Shown: positions 47,219 through 61,300 of the stretch, one piece after another
How positions within the stretch are numbered: position 1 is the first letter of the stretch
Layout: every line of letters begins with the position of its first letter
Made by a program: the position numbers and the translations under genes
NCBI GenBank assembly: GCA_015680685.1
Contig: MNCI01002011.1
Span: 570,470 to 634,469, forward strand
Reading direction: 5' to 3'
DNA length: 64,000 nt
Source: Gnetum montanum
Lineage: Eukaryota > Plantae > Gnetophyta
Notes under the pieces: model-generated
Told to the model about the DNA's origin: nothing
The model's input: the letters and a program-made list of their open reading frames with translations, nothing else
Databases searched by the model: none

Positions 47219-50200
47219 GAGCAAGCGCAATGGATTACAAGCATCTATTAACACCATTGACCATTGATGGACCATATGGAAAGATCATAAGTGAAGTTAA
47301 TATAAATTCTATCAACTTAGGTCAACCAACAGACGACACATTTGTAGCCTCAATGCAACAAACATTAGATAGCTATGAAGGTATGAAAAAATCTCTAGAC
47401 ATAGAAGCTGATAGCATCACTGAAGACCCTTTAACTGAAACCCCCATAACTATGCCTGACGGTGAAGTTAAGGTATTAAAATTGAGCACATTATTACAAC
47501 CTCAACTTTCCAAGGATATAGAACATGTACTTCGAGACAACATGAAAGCATTTGCTTGGTCTTACAATGACATGCCTGGACTAGATCCTCGCATTGTCCA
47601 ACACAACATTATACTCAATCCCAAGTTAAGACCAGTGAAATAGAAAGCACACAAGGTCAAACCTGAGGTAGCACTGGCAGTTCACAATGAGATTACTAAG
47701 CTCTATCAAGCTGGTTTTATTCGGGTTGTTGACTACGCTAACTGGGTATCCAACCTGGTTATTGTCCCAAAGAAGAACGAAAGCATTTGCCTATGCATAG
47801 ACTTCAGGGACCTCAAAATTGTAACCATAAAGGATGACTTCCCGCTACCAAGCATTGATCAACTTGTTGACTCAACTGCGGGGCATGCTATGTTGTCTTT
47901 TATGGATGGATTTTCAGGATATAACTAGATACGGATCAACCCGGAACATCAGCTCAGATGACCTTCATGACACCATGGGGTACTTTTTGTTATACAATGA
48001 TGCCATTCGGCTTGAAGAACGCTGACGCCACATATCAGAGAGCAATGACATTCATTTTTAGCTATTACATACTTCAGTCACTCAATGATTATGTGGATGA
48101 CATTGCAGTTAAATCAAGAAAACCAGAGTAGCACATACAAGACTTAGATTTGGTTTTAAAACGTTGTCTATAATATGAACTTAGGCGCAACCCAAAGAAA
48201 TGTGTCTTTGGGGTAAAAATGGGCAAAATGCTAGGCTTCGTAGTATTAAAAATAGGAATACAAGTAGATCCGAACAAGGTGAAGTCCATTACAAACCTAC
48301 AACCACCAAGCAACCTCATTGAACTTTGAGGCCTACAAGGTAGATTACAGTTCATTAGGCACTTCATAGAAAAACTGACCAATAAGTTGAAATCCATGAA
48401 CCATTTGCTACGCAAGAATGCACATTTTCAATGGACCCCACAATGCCAGGAAGCTTTTGAAAATATCAAGATAGCACTGACTCAATTACCGACAATCTAT
48501 CCACCTCAAAATGATAAACCATTCTACATTTATCTTGCCACATCCGACTCATCAATCATGCCCATGCTTTGATAGAAATGAGATGATGGAATCTAAGTTC
48601 CTATTTATTACTTAAGCCATGCATTAGCAGCCCATGAGAAGAAGCACAACGAGGTGGAGAGGTCGTGTTTAACCCTTATCTTTTCCTTGAAGAAATGGCG
48701 ACATTATCTCTTCCACAACCAAGTCAATATAATTTGCAAGGATAATGTGCTCAAAGCCATCACTGGCAACTTCTACGAATCAAGTAAGATAGCTCGCTGG
48801 AAAGCCATGATAGCTGAGTTTGACCTACACTACATAGCGCAGTCATCAGTTAAGGGTCAAGCTATAGTAACTCAAATGACTGCATCACTAATGCACGATC
48901 AAGCAACAGTAGAGCCAGAGTTCCCTGATGAAAATGTGAGTGCAATAGACATAGTGCCTAATAACTACGAGGCCATTTTGAATTTTGATGGAGCATCCAT
49001 CTCTTGAGGGGGAAGTGCCACTACTGTCATCACCTATCCCTCCGGGGAGATCCGACCCTTCGGTTATCATTTCAATTTTCATTGTACCAACAACGTAGCA
49101 GAGTACGAAGGTCTCCTTAGAGGTCTCATAGCAGCACTAGCTTCTGACATCACATGACTCGTGGTCAGAGGTGACTCACAGTTAGTTCTAAATCAAATAA
49201 CAAATGTTTACGCGTGCAAAGCACAACACTTACAACCATACTATGATTTGACTAAGCATTTGCTGAAGTGATTCGAAAACATAGATGTGCAACATGTGTC
49301 TAGAAATGATAATACCATTGTAGATGCACTTGCCATATTAGCCCTAAACATAGCGCCAAACATGTTTCACACGTTGCCAAGTTCTATAATCAGTTGTGCT
49401 AAACCCATAACTGATACTCCCGATGAATTACCGATTACATCCGTTAGTACAACACACACAGTAGAATGGTATGATGACATAAAAGAGTACCTTCTACGTG
49501 GCAAAACACCGCAACATCTAACAAATGCACAAAAGGATGCAGTACGAAAATGTTCTTGACAGTATACATTAGTAGGTGACACATTGTGTTGTAGATCCTA
49601 CGAAGGTATCCTGTTGATGTGCGTTAGTAAAACTGATGGCCAGACCATTGTGGAGAAAGTACACGAAGGACTCTATGGAGGGCACATAGTGCCCAAAGCA
49701 ATGGAAACCAAAATAAGGCATTTAGGGTACTATTGGACACACATGGAGTATGAATGTTTCTCCAAGGTCAAAGCGTGTAATACGTGTCAAAAGCACAGGA
49801 ATCTTATACATGTCCCACCCAACAAATTGCATACGGCTCAAATCACATGGCCTTTCCAGAAATGGGGGTTAGACATCATTGGACCAATAAGTCCCCATCC
49901 TTCGATAGGGCATAGCTTCATCATAGCCGCGACTGAGTATTTCACGAAATGGGTAGAAGCTATCCCCCTTAGGAAGACTACATCGAAACACATATGCAAC
50001 TTTATCCTGGAAAACATTATGACCCGCTTTGGCATCCTAATGATCATAATTACTAATAAAGGACCACAATTCAGTAGCATCGAAACAAAAACCTTCTACG
50101 ATAGCTTAGGCATTAAACATTCATTCTCATCTCCATATTACCCTTAGAGCAACGGACAAGCAGAAGCCACGAACAAGATTTTCATCTCAATGCTAAAGAA

Positions 50201-50705
50201 GATGCTTACTTAGAGCAAGAAAAGATGGCATGAATAGTTAGTATACGCTTTATGGGCTTATCGCACTACACATCGAACTTCCACAGGTAGAACGCCATAT
50301 ATCCTTGTTTATGGTTTGGAAGCTGTTTTACCTTTGGAGTTGTAGGTACCATCCTTAAGGATCACACTCTTCGGACTCCTTGATGAGGGTCAAAACAATG
50401 ACTTGCGCATCGTTGACTTGGACTCGGTGGAAGAGGAACACACACGTGTGCTCGATCAGATTGATTGGTACCAAAAAAAATAGTGACGATGTCATCAACA
50501 TGACATTCACAAGCACCCGATCAAAGAAGGTGACCTCGTACTTAAGGCGGTTCATGAATAGGCGGAAAAGTTCACAGTAAATTGGGAAGGGCCATACTTG
50601 GTCACCAAAGCATACGACAATGGAGCATTTAAACTAGCTGATATGAACAGTAACGAGCTTGCTCATCCAATGAACCACCTATACCTCAAACCATTTCACG
50701 TCTAA
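47219..50705 (+). pseudogene. pol: B pol: RT, RNaseH, additional archaeal-type RNaseH, integrase
   Basis: AFAWSYNDMPGLDP, MDGFSGYN, YVDDIAVKS, LNFDGAS...TNNVAEYEGLLRGL...RGDSQLV...NTIVDALA, HHCC (VHEGLYGGH...CNTCQ), WGLDIIGP, NWEGPY. Confidence 0.96.
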
Positions 50706-50734
50706 ACATCCCAGGTACACCACGTCTTGGAATC

Positions 50735-51020
50735 ATGATGGTAAACTGATACCACAAAATGTCCTGGTGTTATGATAATAAACTGACACCATAGTACATC
50801 CACAATGACAATAAACTAGCACTCATCCGGTATGACATTAAACTGCCACAGTTTCGTTCGTCGGAGTCCACTAAGACTATAAACTGGTTCACCTCTTCAC
50901 AGTCTGCCAAGACTATAAACTAGCAGTGCACCATCTGCTACGACACTAAACTGACACCATCCAATGGGTTATGATGTAAAACTAACCCACGATAGTCCGC
51001 TACAACTATAAACTGGTAGC
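50735..51020 (+). repeat. ~30-bp degenerate array with TAAACTG core downstream of B integrase
   Basis: About nine gac..taaact(g/a)(g/a)ca units. Confidence 0.8.
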
Positions 51021-52107
51021 TTCATCTCTTGCCTCTAGATTTGTAGCTGCGTTCGAACTTCATCAGAGTTGCTGCCTCGCTCATCATCAGTTGATCTTGA
51101 CAACATTACTGCCATGCATATTTAGTGCCTGAAATCTCATCTAGTGCCTTTGTTTCCTTAGTTGCTATTGAAATCTAAGCCTACTCACTCACTCGTGGTT
51201 TTCTTGTCTCCTTGGAGTTGTGTTTGTAGGATGACACTCAAAGGTGTTTGTATGAGAATGCACTTCGTCATAACAGCAAGGTAACACATTGTTCCTAACA
51301 CGCATAACAAGGTTAATCAAGCCATTCACTAGTACAATTCCCATTTCCACTTATATCTCTCATCCATTCCTCAACATACTCTACTCAATTACACCATTGA
51401 CACACCCAGTGCATCCCGAAACATTGAGCACATCGTTGCATGCTGCAACACTTTTAAGAAGTTGCAACATACAACATGGCACTTGAGCATGAGTACAGGA
51501 TCAAAAAAAAAGAAACAAAAGAAAAAGAGCAAAGAGAAAAGAGCAAAAAATCCAAAAAGAAACACAAGACCCTTGGCACTTCCCATACAAGCCCTAGGTG
51601 GGAAGGCAATTGTCTTGGAAATAAGAACTCATGTCTCAAATGCCCAAGTAACATCTTATTGCATGACTTTGGCTCTCCACCAAAAGGTCCCCTTTAACAT
51701 TAAATAGAGGCCTTGTTCCTCCAAAAAAATGCAACACATCATCACGTGGCTTTGGTTGTGTCAACAAGTTCTCTTAAACACTAAACAAGAGTCTTGTTCC
51801 GCCAAAGGACGTACACCTCATGTCTTGGTCCTAAGTCTGCTAGACAATGGCTATTGACAAGGATCAACATGACCTGTATACACACCAGAGCATTCCCTGC
51901 ACCATGCACAATCCCTTGATCAGTTCCAAATCCCTACAATATCCATTTCCCTATCCAGCTACAAACTGCATTTCCCCAATCATGTGTAATACTAAACATA
52001 GTGCGATGACATCTTTCCAAGTGTCGAAGGACAATGCTACTAAGTTACTTGTAGTGTTTTGTACTTCTTTGTCGATGCCTCTCAGGTCGACTCCTCCAAG
52101 CATCAAC

Positions 52108-52120
52108 AAAGAGGGGCCAA
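52108..52120 (+). promoter_or_regulatory. Polypurine tract of B
   Basis: aaagaggggccaa abuts the 3' LTR TG. Confidence 0.85.
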
Positions 52121-53670
52121 TGAAACACCACAAAATTTTGAGCTTATCACTTCTCCAACAAGAATTGAGCTAAGTCACGATGCTCCCCAGCATGACTAAA
52201 GCTTGAGAACCTCACAGACAGCTTTAAATGGAGTCGAACTAAGCAAGAAATGGTTCCCTAGGATCCACAGAAGACTACAGTGACATCTGGCATTAGACCT
52301 GGTGAATGTTGAACTCAAAATACTTGGTTTTCACTATGTATGCATCCTGTACGCTGACCTATACATGCCCAACGTATGGCCCAGCATGCAGCAACTTTTG
52401 AGTCTCAAAAACTCATCAAAATGGGCTAGAATCGAAGGTCTAGACTCCCCATGACCTTCCCTAAGGCCCCAACCAAGCCTCAGGCTCCTAACAATCAAAT
52501 TTTGGGCACCAAACGGGTCATTTCCTGCCTACACACACGCCGAGCTTGTATACCTAGCATGTGGCACCAAGGGCAAGGCTTCGAAAACTTCTATTGTGGG
52601 CATCAAAAGTATCATTTATGGCCTCACATGCTAGCCTACAAGCCTAGCGTGCATGCCCAGTGTGCACCACCAAAAGTAAGGTCGATCAAGTGATTCAGCC
52701 AACCTACACGTTGACTTGCATGCCCAGCATGTACACCCAGCGTGCAGCACAGCATACACCAGTCGAAGCCTCCCAAAACCATGTCAGATCAAGTCCAAAT
52801 AAGCTGAAAATCCACAGGTAGCATCCTCATGACACCAGAGCTCAAATTCAAGGGCCAAGTTCAAGATTTTCTATTGTAAAAGTATGCTCGTTTGTAAAGT
52901 TCAATTCCTTTGTATTGGGCAAGTCTGTACGCTGAGTTCACACGCCCAACATGTACATGTTGGCATGCAGCACGCTGTACAGTTGTAATATTATTTGCAG
53001 TCAGGAAACATAGCCACATGTCATCCAACTTGAAATTCTCTCACCCACGGCCACTCATACCCTTCCAGATCCGAATCCAACGTCCAAAACCTCATAAACC
53101 CCAATTTTTCACTAGATTGGGGTTGGCAAATTTTGTACAAATGGAGACAAAAAAAAACTAGAACCGAGGAGACTTAGGAAATCTAGACAATAACCTGTAC
53201 AATGGACTTCTACCATACACGTTGACCATATAGCCTTCACATTGTGCCTGTAGTCCAAACCAGCATACCATCATCCCTCCGCATCACCGGGGCTCTTCTT
53301 CCACCTTGTGTCAGATCCACAACTGCGTTCAGACTGGTGCATTGTAATCTCCATTTTGCAATAAAGTTGTTTAATTTATGGTTAAGATTTGTTATAGTTT
53401 TCATCCATTTTTGTTTGCCTCTATGTTTGTTTCCTTGCACGTTTATGTTCTGGTTTATGTTTATCATGCTGTTTACACATAACCCAGTGTATTGCACATT
53501 GGTATATGCTGGGGAAATCCTTGTCTGATCCGCGTGCGGACCACCCAAGGTATTCTACCTTCGTCAGTTCCAGCTCACCCTCAAGAGAAGGTAGAGTCTT
53601 CTGTGCTCATCCGCAGATCCTGCAGTGCTCATCCCATTCCAGCCTTGCATCGACGATTTCGGAAAGTATA
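52121..53670 (+). repeat. B 3' LTR
   Basis: tgaaacaccac...aagtata (terminal CA decayed to TA), followed by the TSD. Confidence 0.97.
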
Positions 53671-54531
53671 GCATGCAAGAGCATTAAGGGCATGAGATTA
53701 CTATGGGAAGGATCCACTTGCATACTTCTTGATTGGGCTAGTTACGTTTCCTCATCTCTTAGACATTTTTGCATTCAAATCATTCATGATCCACATTGAT
53801 TGCATTTAGTTTTACACTTCTTTTGAAGTTTTCTCTAATCTTTTTCCTATAAAATATCCTTTTTGTGAATTATCTACTCCTCTTTAAGCATTTCTTTAGG
53901 TTTTTGACCTTTCTAGGTTTCTACAGACCCTAGTTTAATGTAAAAGCTCTTTATATTTTTACAAATGTTGAAAGGAAATTTTGTCTTTTGGCTATATTGG
54001 TGGGATTCCATCAACGTAGCCCCTTGCATTGATGTGACCTCGTATATGGGATCTCGTTGACATGGCCATAAAATTCTATATAAAGGGTGCAACACTTTGA
54101 AAATTTTTGTCATTTACTCTCAAACGATAAAGGAGTTTTTGCAGTTTTTAGAGCCCAAAACCTTCTAGAGCCCATAACTTTCACACTGCTTATTCGATTA
54201 ACCTTGTTCTTCATTCCTATAGCTACTAGAGGTGAGCTCTACATCATGGAAGCCACAAACCTTAGGTTTTTGATGAATTTTTTTTCAAAATTTTTTTAAC
54301 TCCTAGAAGGTTTAATCAATAAACTAATATTAAAATCACTAATTAATGAGCGTTAAACCTTTCCAATGAACTTTAGTATTCATTTGATTAAAATTAATAA
54401 TAAAATAATGTTAAAATGATTAATATGCCATGATTGCAACTTAGCCAAGTGTAACTAATCTAATAGACAAGGTGCCTAAATGTTCTAGGTTATACATTAA
54501 AAGCTAATCCTTAGTCATGTTGTGATTATAG

Positions 54532-57295
54532 ATGGCACCAAGACCAAAATTCCTGTAGCAAGTAGGACCATCTCAACTAAGGGATAAGCGGCCTAGAACT
54601 AGAAGAGGCTAAGAAGTGAAGCCACCCCAGGAGTAAGCAACTAAGACACATGCAATAGAACCTCTTTGGGAGGACCCCAAGGTGGAATCTATCGGCTAGA
54701 TTTCAAATGTTGAAATAGAGAAATCCCACCAAGATGAGACACCTGAACCAAGAGAAAACATTGAGGTCACTCTGATAGAGGCCTACTTGAGGCAAATTAG
54801 GGCCAGGGAGATCCAAAAAGTAGTTCTATCTAAACTAAACTTTGGATCTTTCTTGGACTTTGCCCTAGAAAAATTTAAAGCTCAACTTTAGACTTCTTCC
54901 ATGTGGCCCATTTTTACTTCTAGTAGAGAATGGTACATGGAAGAAACATATCTCTTTTGGAATGATAGGAAGGAAGATGTCATTATGGGTATAAAGGATA
55001 TTTTTGTGTCCTACTTGGTAAAGGCCATTTCTGAGGCCCTTGGGTTGTTGGAAGCTTGAACAACCTTGGTAGAAATTTTAACACAAGTGAACCTAGAGAT
55101 AAAAAAGGAGTGGATCTAGAAGTGCTACGAAGTTGACTGCAAGGAGTGCAGGTCACTCACAATAGTAGAGCATGCATATTTCAAGATGGCATCCTACCAC
55201 CTAAATTTGACAATGAGGCCTAGCAAGGTGACAACCTTCTTTGCTTATGCATTCACTAGTCTAAGTAGGAAATTTCTTGTCAACCTCCCACAACTGATTT
55301 TTATAAGATAGAGAAGTCATTCAACGAAGAAGAACATGAGTCCATGTCTCATCTAGAAATTATGCAAAAGGGGAGGAATAGCCCATTATTCCAATGATAA
55401 CATTAGACATTCTTGCCAAGGTGTTGAAATAAAAGCAGCTTCCACCACCAACCATTCATGAATAATCAATACCAAAGTCTTGTGTTTCCATTGAGCGCAT
55501 GTGCAAACTCCATAAGCAACTCTTACAATAGCAACAGGTAGGACCAAGTGGTGGTGAACCTTCTATCTACATGCCCAAATTGACTCATCTCAATGAGGTG
55601 GCATGATCAATTAGCTGGATAAAAGTTTTGATGCCAATGTTTTCTACTCAAAGAATGCAAGTGCTCACAAGATCAAATCCTAGCACTTAAGAGGTAATGG
55701 TGTCCCTCTCTCAATAGTAACAATTCTTAAAAATATTTGGGAATGCCACTACCCTTTCAATACGCTTGGAAGATGGCAAGGGAGAAACTGTTCTAGTGAT
55801 GCAACACCAAGGATAGGAAATAATGGTAAAGATGGTTGTTGATATAGTGACTGATGTACTCAACATCCCTGTAGCATCTAAACCAGATGTTGCTATGCTT
55901 AGAGATGTGTAGGTGTTTGCAGGAGAAGGAAGTGGAAAATTTAGTGTAGCCCAACATGAGGAGTTGCTGGATGGAATGGTACGAATTGGGTAACCAATTC
56001 TAAATATCTTTGATATCCCAAAAATCATTTCAGCAAACTAGTTAAAGCTACTTGAGGCCAAGGAAAATGTCCTCATTTCCAATGCCCAACTCAAGGCAGC
56101 CACAAATAAAAATTAGAGTTTGGATGTTAAGGTTGTAGAATTAAAATTCTACCTTGCTGATCTCACCATATTGAGCTAGAATGTAGCATGAGATGAAGCT
56201 TTTCAACAACTTTAGACACAACTTTAGGAAACTAAGTATGTGAAGGAGGTGGTAATTTTTGATTAGTCCTTAGCTGATGCCACTATATACAAAATTTAGA
56301 AGAACTTGTTGGAGGTTTTCCAGGAGAACATCAAGTTGACCCAAGAGAAGCATTGCCTGTGAAATGTCAAGATGCAAAAGGATAAAATGGTAGAATTCAT
56401 CCAACAATAGCAAGAGTAGCTTTATAGGGTGAACACTAAATTAAGGAGGTTAGCTATAGAAAATCAAAATCTCTTAATGGAAGAGATGCCTACCCTTTGC
56501 TAGAAGTTTGCAATTGAAATTGTTGCTTGGAAAAATGAGGCCCTTAAATTCAAAAGGATCAAAAACCACTATAGGGACTATGTTGGTTTACAAAAAAAAG
56601 GGATTAATGAAAAAGAAATCAAATTAGCAAATGTGAAGGTGAATGAGGGCCTCCAGTAGTTCTAATAAGGAATGACATGTGATAGCCTACCTTTAATGGG
56701 CTAAATGTGTACAATAAAGCTAAAATTCACTATTACTCAAACCTTCGTTACTCAAACTTGGTAATGTTGACCACTAGAAGGTCAAGGTAAGAATTGGAGA
56801 AATAAGTGGCTAGATCGTACCTTCTGTAGAAGGCTAAGTTTAAGTACCACAGAGACATAAAATAGAAGGTAAAAACAACCAACGTTGAACTCAAGTTTCT
56901 CAAGGTGAAGTTTGAAAATAAAAAATCAATAATGGAGAACCTATCCAAAAGAATGAATGACTACCAGGAGTTGCAAAATGTAGTTAGGGCATTTGACATT
57001 AAACACAAATAATTTGCTACTTGGTTTATCAACATCAAGGTTGTTCCTTGCAATGCCCTATTATTGGGATGTTCCCATACAGACTCACATTCGTAATGTT
57101 GTGTGGACCATGTATGATCCTAGGAATAAGAAGGAAAAGATGAAAGCATTGTTGGATGCTTTTCCTCGTACACCAGAAGTTTTAGCTACAGCTAGACAGC
57201 CACAACCATAGCCTCAATCACAACTTATGCATGCACCAAAGGTAGGAGAAGGTCCTTCAAAACCTTAGGAGCCTCCATCACTTGGGATCATTTGA
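54532..57295 (+). pseudogene. E extra 3' ORF (Athila env-like/ORF2 position) with long coiled-coil-like C-terminal half
   Basis: Starts MAPRPK directly after a splice-acceptor-like tgtgattatag. Purine-rich coding-like sequence with Glu/Lys/Leu/Gln-rich heptads at 56000-56990. Many nonsense changes. Confidence 0.65.
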
Positions 57296-57546
57296 TTTTC
57301 TTCTCATCCTCAAGCTACCATAGGAATTGTGTTGTTAGGTTTTGTCATGGTGTTCAATTTTGTTGTCATGAACACCAATTTTTGTAATCATTGTAAATCT
57401 ATACACTTGGGCACTTAATATTTTTTTTGTGTTAGTTTGTGTATCTATAATTAGTCAGTAATTCAATACCTTCTCTAAATTATATAAATAAGCTTATTCA
57501 TCCTTTTGTTTACTTGAGGATGATTTTTCATTCAGTCATGGGAGTA

Positions 57547-58391
57547 TGATGAAGCATCTTCCTTAGGATGCATCGACAGGATGCCATCGATGTGATCCCA
57601 TTGATATGATCTTGTTGACATAGTCATGTCGACATGTGGTTTGATGCATTAACATGACCTTGTCAATGTAGTGTCTTGTCTTGCCTATAAATACGCATTC
57701 ACCAGCCACATTTATAGCATCCATTCATTAGTAGCTAGTGGAACTCTTGTAGTTTTATGTATCAAAGTTAGAATATTTTTTAAGTGTCCATAGCAAGAGT
57801 TGATAAGTGTATAGATCTTTATTTGGGCATTGTTGTACCTAAGAATCTCAGTGTGAATGGCAATAAAGATGAGCTTTCTTGATAAACCTTGCAGCACTTG
57901 GACTTAGCCTAATGTTTACTTTATGCATCTATTATTCAAAGCACTTTACTTAATACATTTTATTAATTAACTCATAGTGATAATTAAATCACATAAGTAT
58001 GACCATCTCAAGCATACACTTAACACTTGGTAATCCCAATAGTGTTGTAACATGTTCAAGATGTGTACATAAGAGGGGAATGGATGCTTATGTTAGGACT
58101 AGTTAAACATAAATTAGTGATTAGATTAATTAATAATTTAAATACTTTATTTTTGGAACTTAAGTGATTCAAAAAATAAACATAAAATGATAAAAATCAT
58201 ATGCCTTAGTTACACTTAACCATACACTTGCAATTCACAAGTTAAATTGAGAAGACAACGATCATGTTCGTTAGATTCACTACCTATACCTAGTGTACTT
58301 AGAGTGCTAAAGTCTATGGAATTTGACCAAATCACTTCATGAATGATAGTGATTGATATGGTTTTTCATAGGGGCTGCTCGCTACTCATCA
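57547..58391 (+). repeat. E 3' LTR (845 bp)
   Basis: tgatgaagcatc...cgctactcatca, TATA cctataaata near 57684, similar to the C LTR. Confidence 0.85.
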
Positions 58392-61300
58392 CTTATGTAG
58401 GTGAAATTGATGCTAATGTTAGCATTGACATCATCATGCCAGCATCATCCTCCTTTTAAGTTTTCAAGTTTGGCATTTAGTAGCATTTTCTCACTCCATG
58501 AGCTTCTTGGGATCTTGAAAGCATCATTTTGGCTCATTTCAAAATTAGTTTTGGCATCCTAAGGACTCAAGATGTCAAATTGGAAAAACATTTAAAGTTT
58601 TTCTAAGTTCTTGACTAATGCTATTATTGACCCTAGCATTAGCACCTATGGGACTCATATCTTATGATCCTTCACCTTTAAATTTTATAGTTGATATCAT
58701 CTGTTGGTTTGTCAAGCTTCTTAGCATCATCACAACATCTTTTGATATTAATTTGAGCATTAAATGAGGTTCTAGAGACTTAGAACCACAACTTGGTCAA
58801 AACTAGAAAAAATATTCAAACTTCTAGTCATGCTTAGCATCAATGTCACTTGTTCATGCTTTCAGTCTTACCAAGTTCAAAGGTCAAACTTGCCAAATTT
58901 GAACTTTAGATGAAATTCATGTGAACTTCACTTAACATCAGAGTTAAATTTGGCATCCCTAATCCTATAATAATGGGACCAAAACCCATGTTTTAAGGCT
59001 ATTTTTCTTAAGATCTAGAGCCCTTTTTAAGATTTCGAGATAGTAAGAGCATGAGTAGTAGACATCTTAGTGTCTCCTTCATGCTTCATAGTCATTGTGA
59101 TTTCTCCCACAACTCTAGCATTAATTTGATGTAGCATTAGCATTGGCATCCCATACTTAGAATTCTTTAACATCAGCGTTAGTTTCCAAAGCTAGAATTT
59201 TTTGAGTTCAATGTTAGTCCTATGACACTAGGTCAAAATAACCCTGTTTTTATCCTAAATTGATTTCAAAAAACACCTTGAACGTTCACATCCATATACC
59301 TATTGTCCAATGGTTAATTTTCACTCTTCAAATCCATATTTTTCTCACAAATTTGGTTCTTATTATCCATTTTATTCCACTTACGTTGTTTCGCTTGGAT
59401 TTGTAGTTTGGCCTTCCATAGGAGGTGAACAATTCTTTTTTAGCAATAAAGTATTTTTATTTGTTTAGGAGTGGAATTAAACCCTTTATCCCATATCATA
59501 TCCCTTATATTTTAATATTTCATGCTCTTTTATTCATGATATTACACTTGTACTTGATTTCATTGCTCATAGATTATTCCATAATTAGTTTATTTTTCAA
59601 TAGTAAATACTTAGTGAATTTAAATGTTTAATTCCAATGTTTTTATTATTCTCCTAACATTCCTTGTTCATGTGCAATAGGCTAAGTCCACAGTCAATAG
59701 GAGATTTTGTGCCTTGTAATGTCATGACCATTAACTAAGTAAAGATTATTTCAAACTAAAGACTACTTGTGATCTTAAATTAATTATTATAACACTTAAT
59801 TCATGGAGGTATTTCCTATAAGATTAAAGAAGAATAATTTTGCAAGAATATTTTTAGTACTAGAAAGAGGGCCAATAGGGTTTCTAGTATCTTGAACCTA
59901 TCACCTAGTAGCCTATAGGTCCATTCTAGCACTTAGAATTTTTCTTATTGTTATTATTTTTATTTAGATTTATTTTCTAATTTGCAGTTGGTCTTATTTT
60001 GTTCTAAGCATGTGTGTAGAAGATATTTGTTGACAACATGTCTAGCCAATGTTATGAATCTTCTTACATATGCTAGGTTCATAAACTAATTAAAGAATAG
60101 AAGGCATAGGCTCTTGTAGTATCCATGACTTAGCATGACTACAAGGTTGCATGTGCTAAGCAAGAACTGAGTATAGAACTCTTTGAGAATGAGCTAAGGA
60201 GAATGGTTGCCTATGAAATAACCAATGGTTTGGGATCATTCGTACCAAATTCAAGTCATCTCATCAAGTTAGATCAATTTGATTAAGCTACATTAGTAGA
60301 GTACCTACTCATCAAAGATGAAGTCTAGGTAATGATAAGAGCTAAGATCTTATAGAGATAGGCTATTAGACATCATATTATGAAAAATTCCAATATCAAT
60401 GTTAGTAGGAGGAATTACCAATTTCAAGATTAGTATAGTGAGGAAAGTGATAAAATTAGTGAACATGATGATGATGATGGGAAGGAACACTTCCATGTTT
60501 CTCTACCTTAAAATTCTTTCCACCAACCTCAAAGTCTTGTTCTATAATGTGTGAACCTCATTGGTCCCACTAATGCATTTTCCATTCCCACACTTCAAGC
60601 TAGTACTCCCACAACATGTATTTCAATCAATCACACTATAATAGTTCCACTTGTCACTAAGCTGACTCCTACATATAGTTTTTTTCCAAGCATGGTTATA
60701 GTTAATACTACTCTTCAAACACTAGTACAAAGTGTTAATCCATCACTTAATCATTTTTAAGCCTTATCCTACATAGTTCCAATGCAACAATCATATGTTT
60801 CCTTAAGTTTTCCCTCATTTTCACATCTTGTTTCTCACTACGTTATTGTGCCACTAACATATATGCCTATCATGGTGTCTATTTGACTAGCCTTACCCAC
60901 TCATAATATCATCCTAAGCAATTCTACTTAGAATATTCCTAAAGTCCCTCCTAAATTGATATTGGTACTACAAGATCTTTCTTCCAGGTTGTAGGCATAT
61001 GAAGATCAAACTTGAAAGGAAATTACATTGCATGGAAGCAATCATGTAGTATCCATTGTTAATCTACTCATGGATCCTATTATCCCTTTGATTTCACCTG
61101 CTCAATTTCCAAAGGAAGTTTCCTTTCCAAATTTCATGAGGTATAATTGAGACAATGATTCTGCCAACCATGTAATAACCGTTTATAATGAATGTACATT
61201 ACTAGCCAACTATCCCTACATCATTCTCAAATTTTTTTTCATTATTTCTTTGGAATAAGTCTTCACCACCTTTAGTGAGAGATTTAAGTACATAACTAAG

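Larger units (their letters stand above)
34920..53670 (+). mobile_element. Full-length Tat-type gypsy element B (18,751 bp)
   Basis: Direct LTRs 34920-36457 and 52121-53670. Perfect TSD gcatg (34915-34919, 53671-53675). PBS 36463-36480 and PPT 52108-52120. Domain order gag-PR-(spacer)-RT-RH-aRH-INT. Confidence 0.97.
29721..58391 (+). mobile_element. Athila-like element E (5' LTR lost), split by B
   Basis: gag, RT-RH-INT, 3' non-coding region similar to C (26150-27060 vs 33770-34600), extra ORF, PPT-like agtcatgggagta and LTR 57547-58391. Confidence 0.82.
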
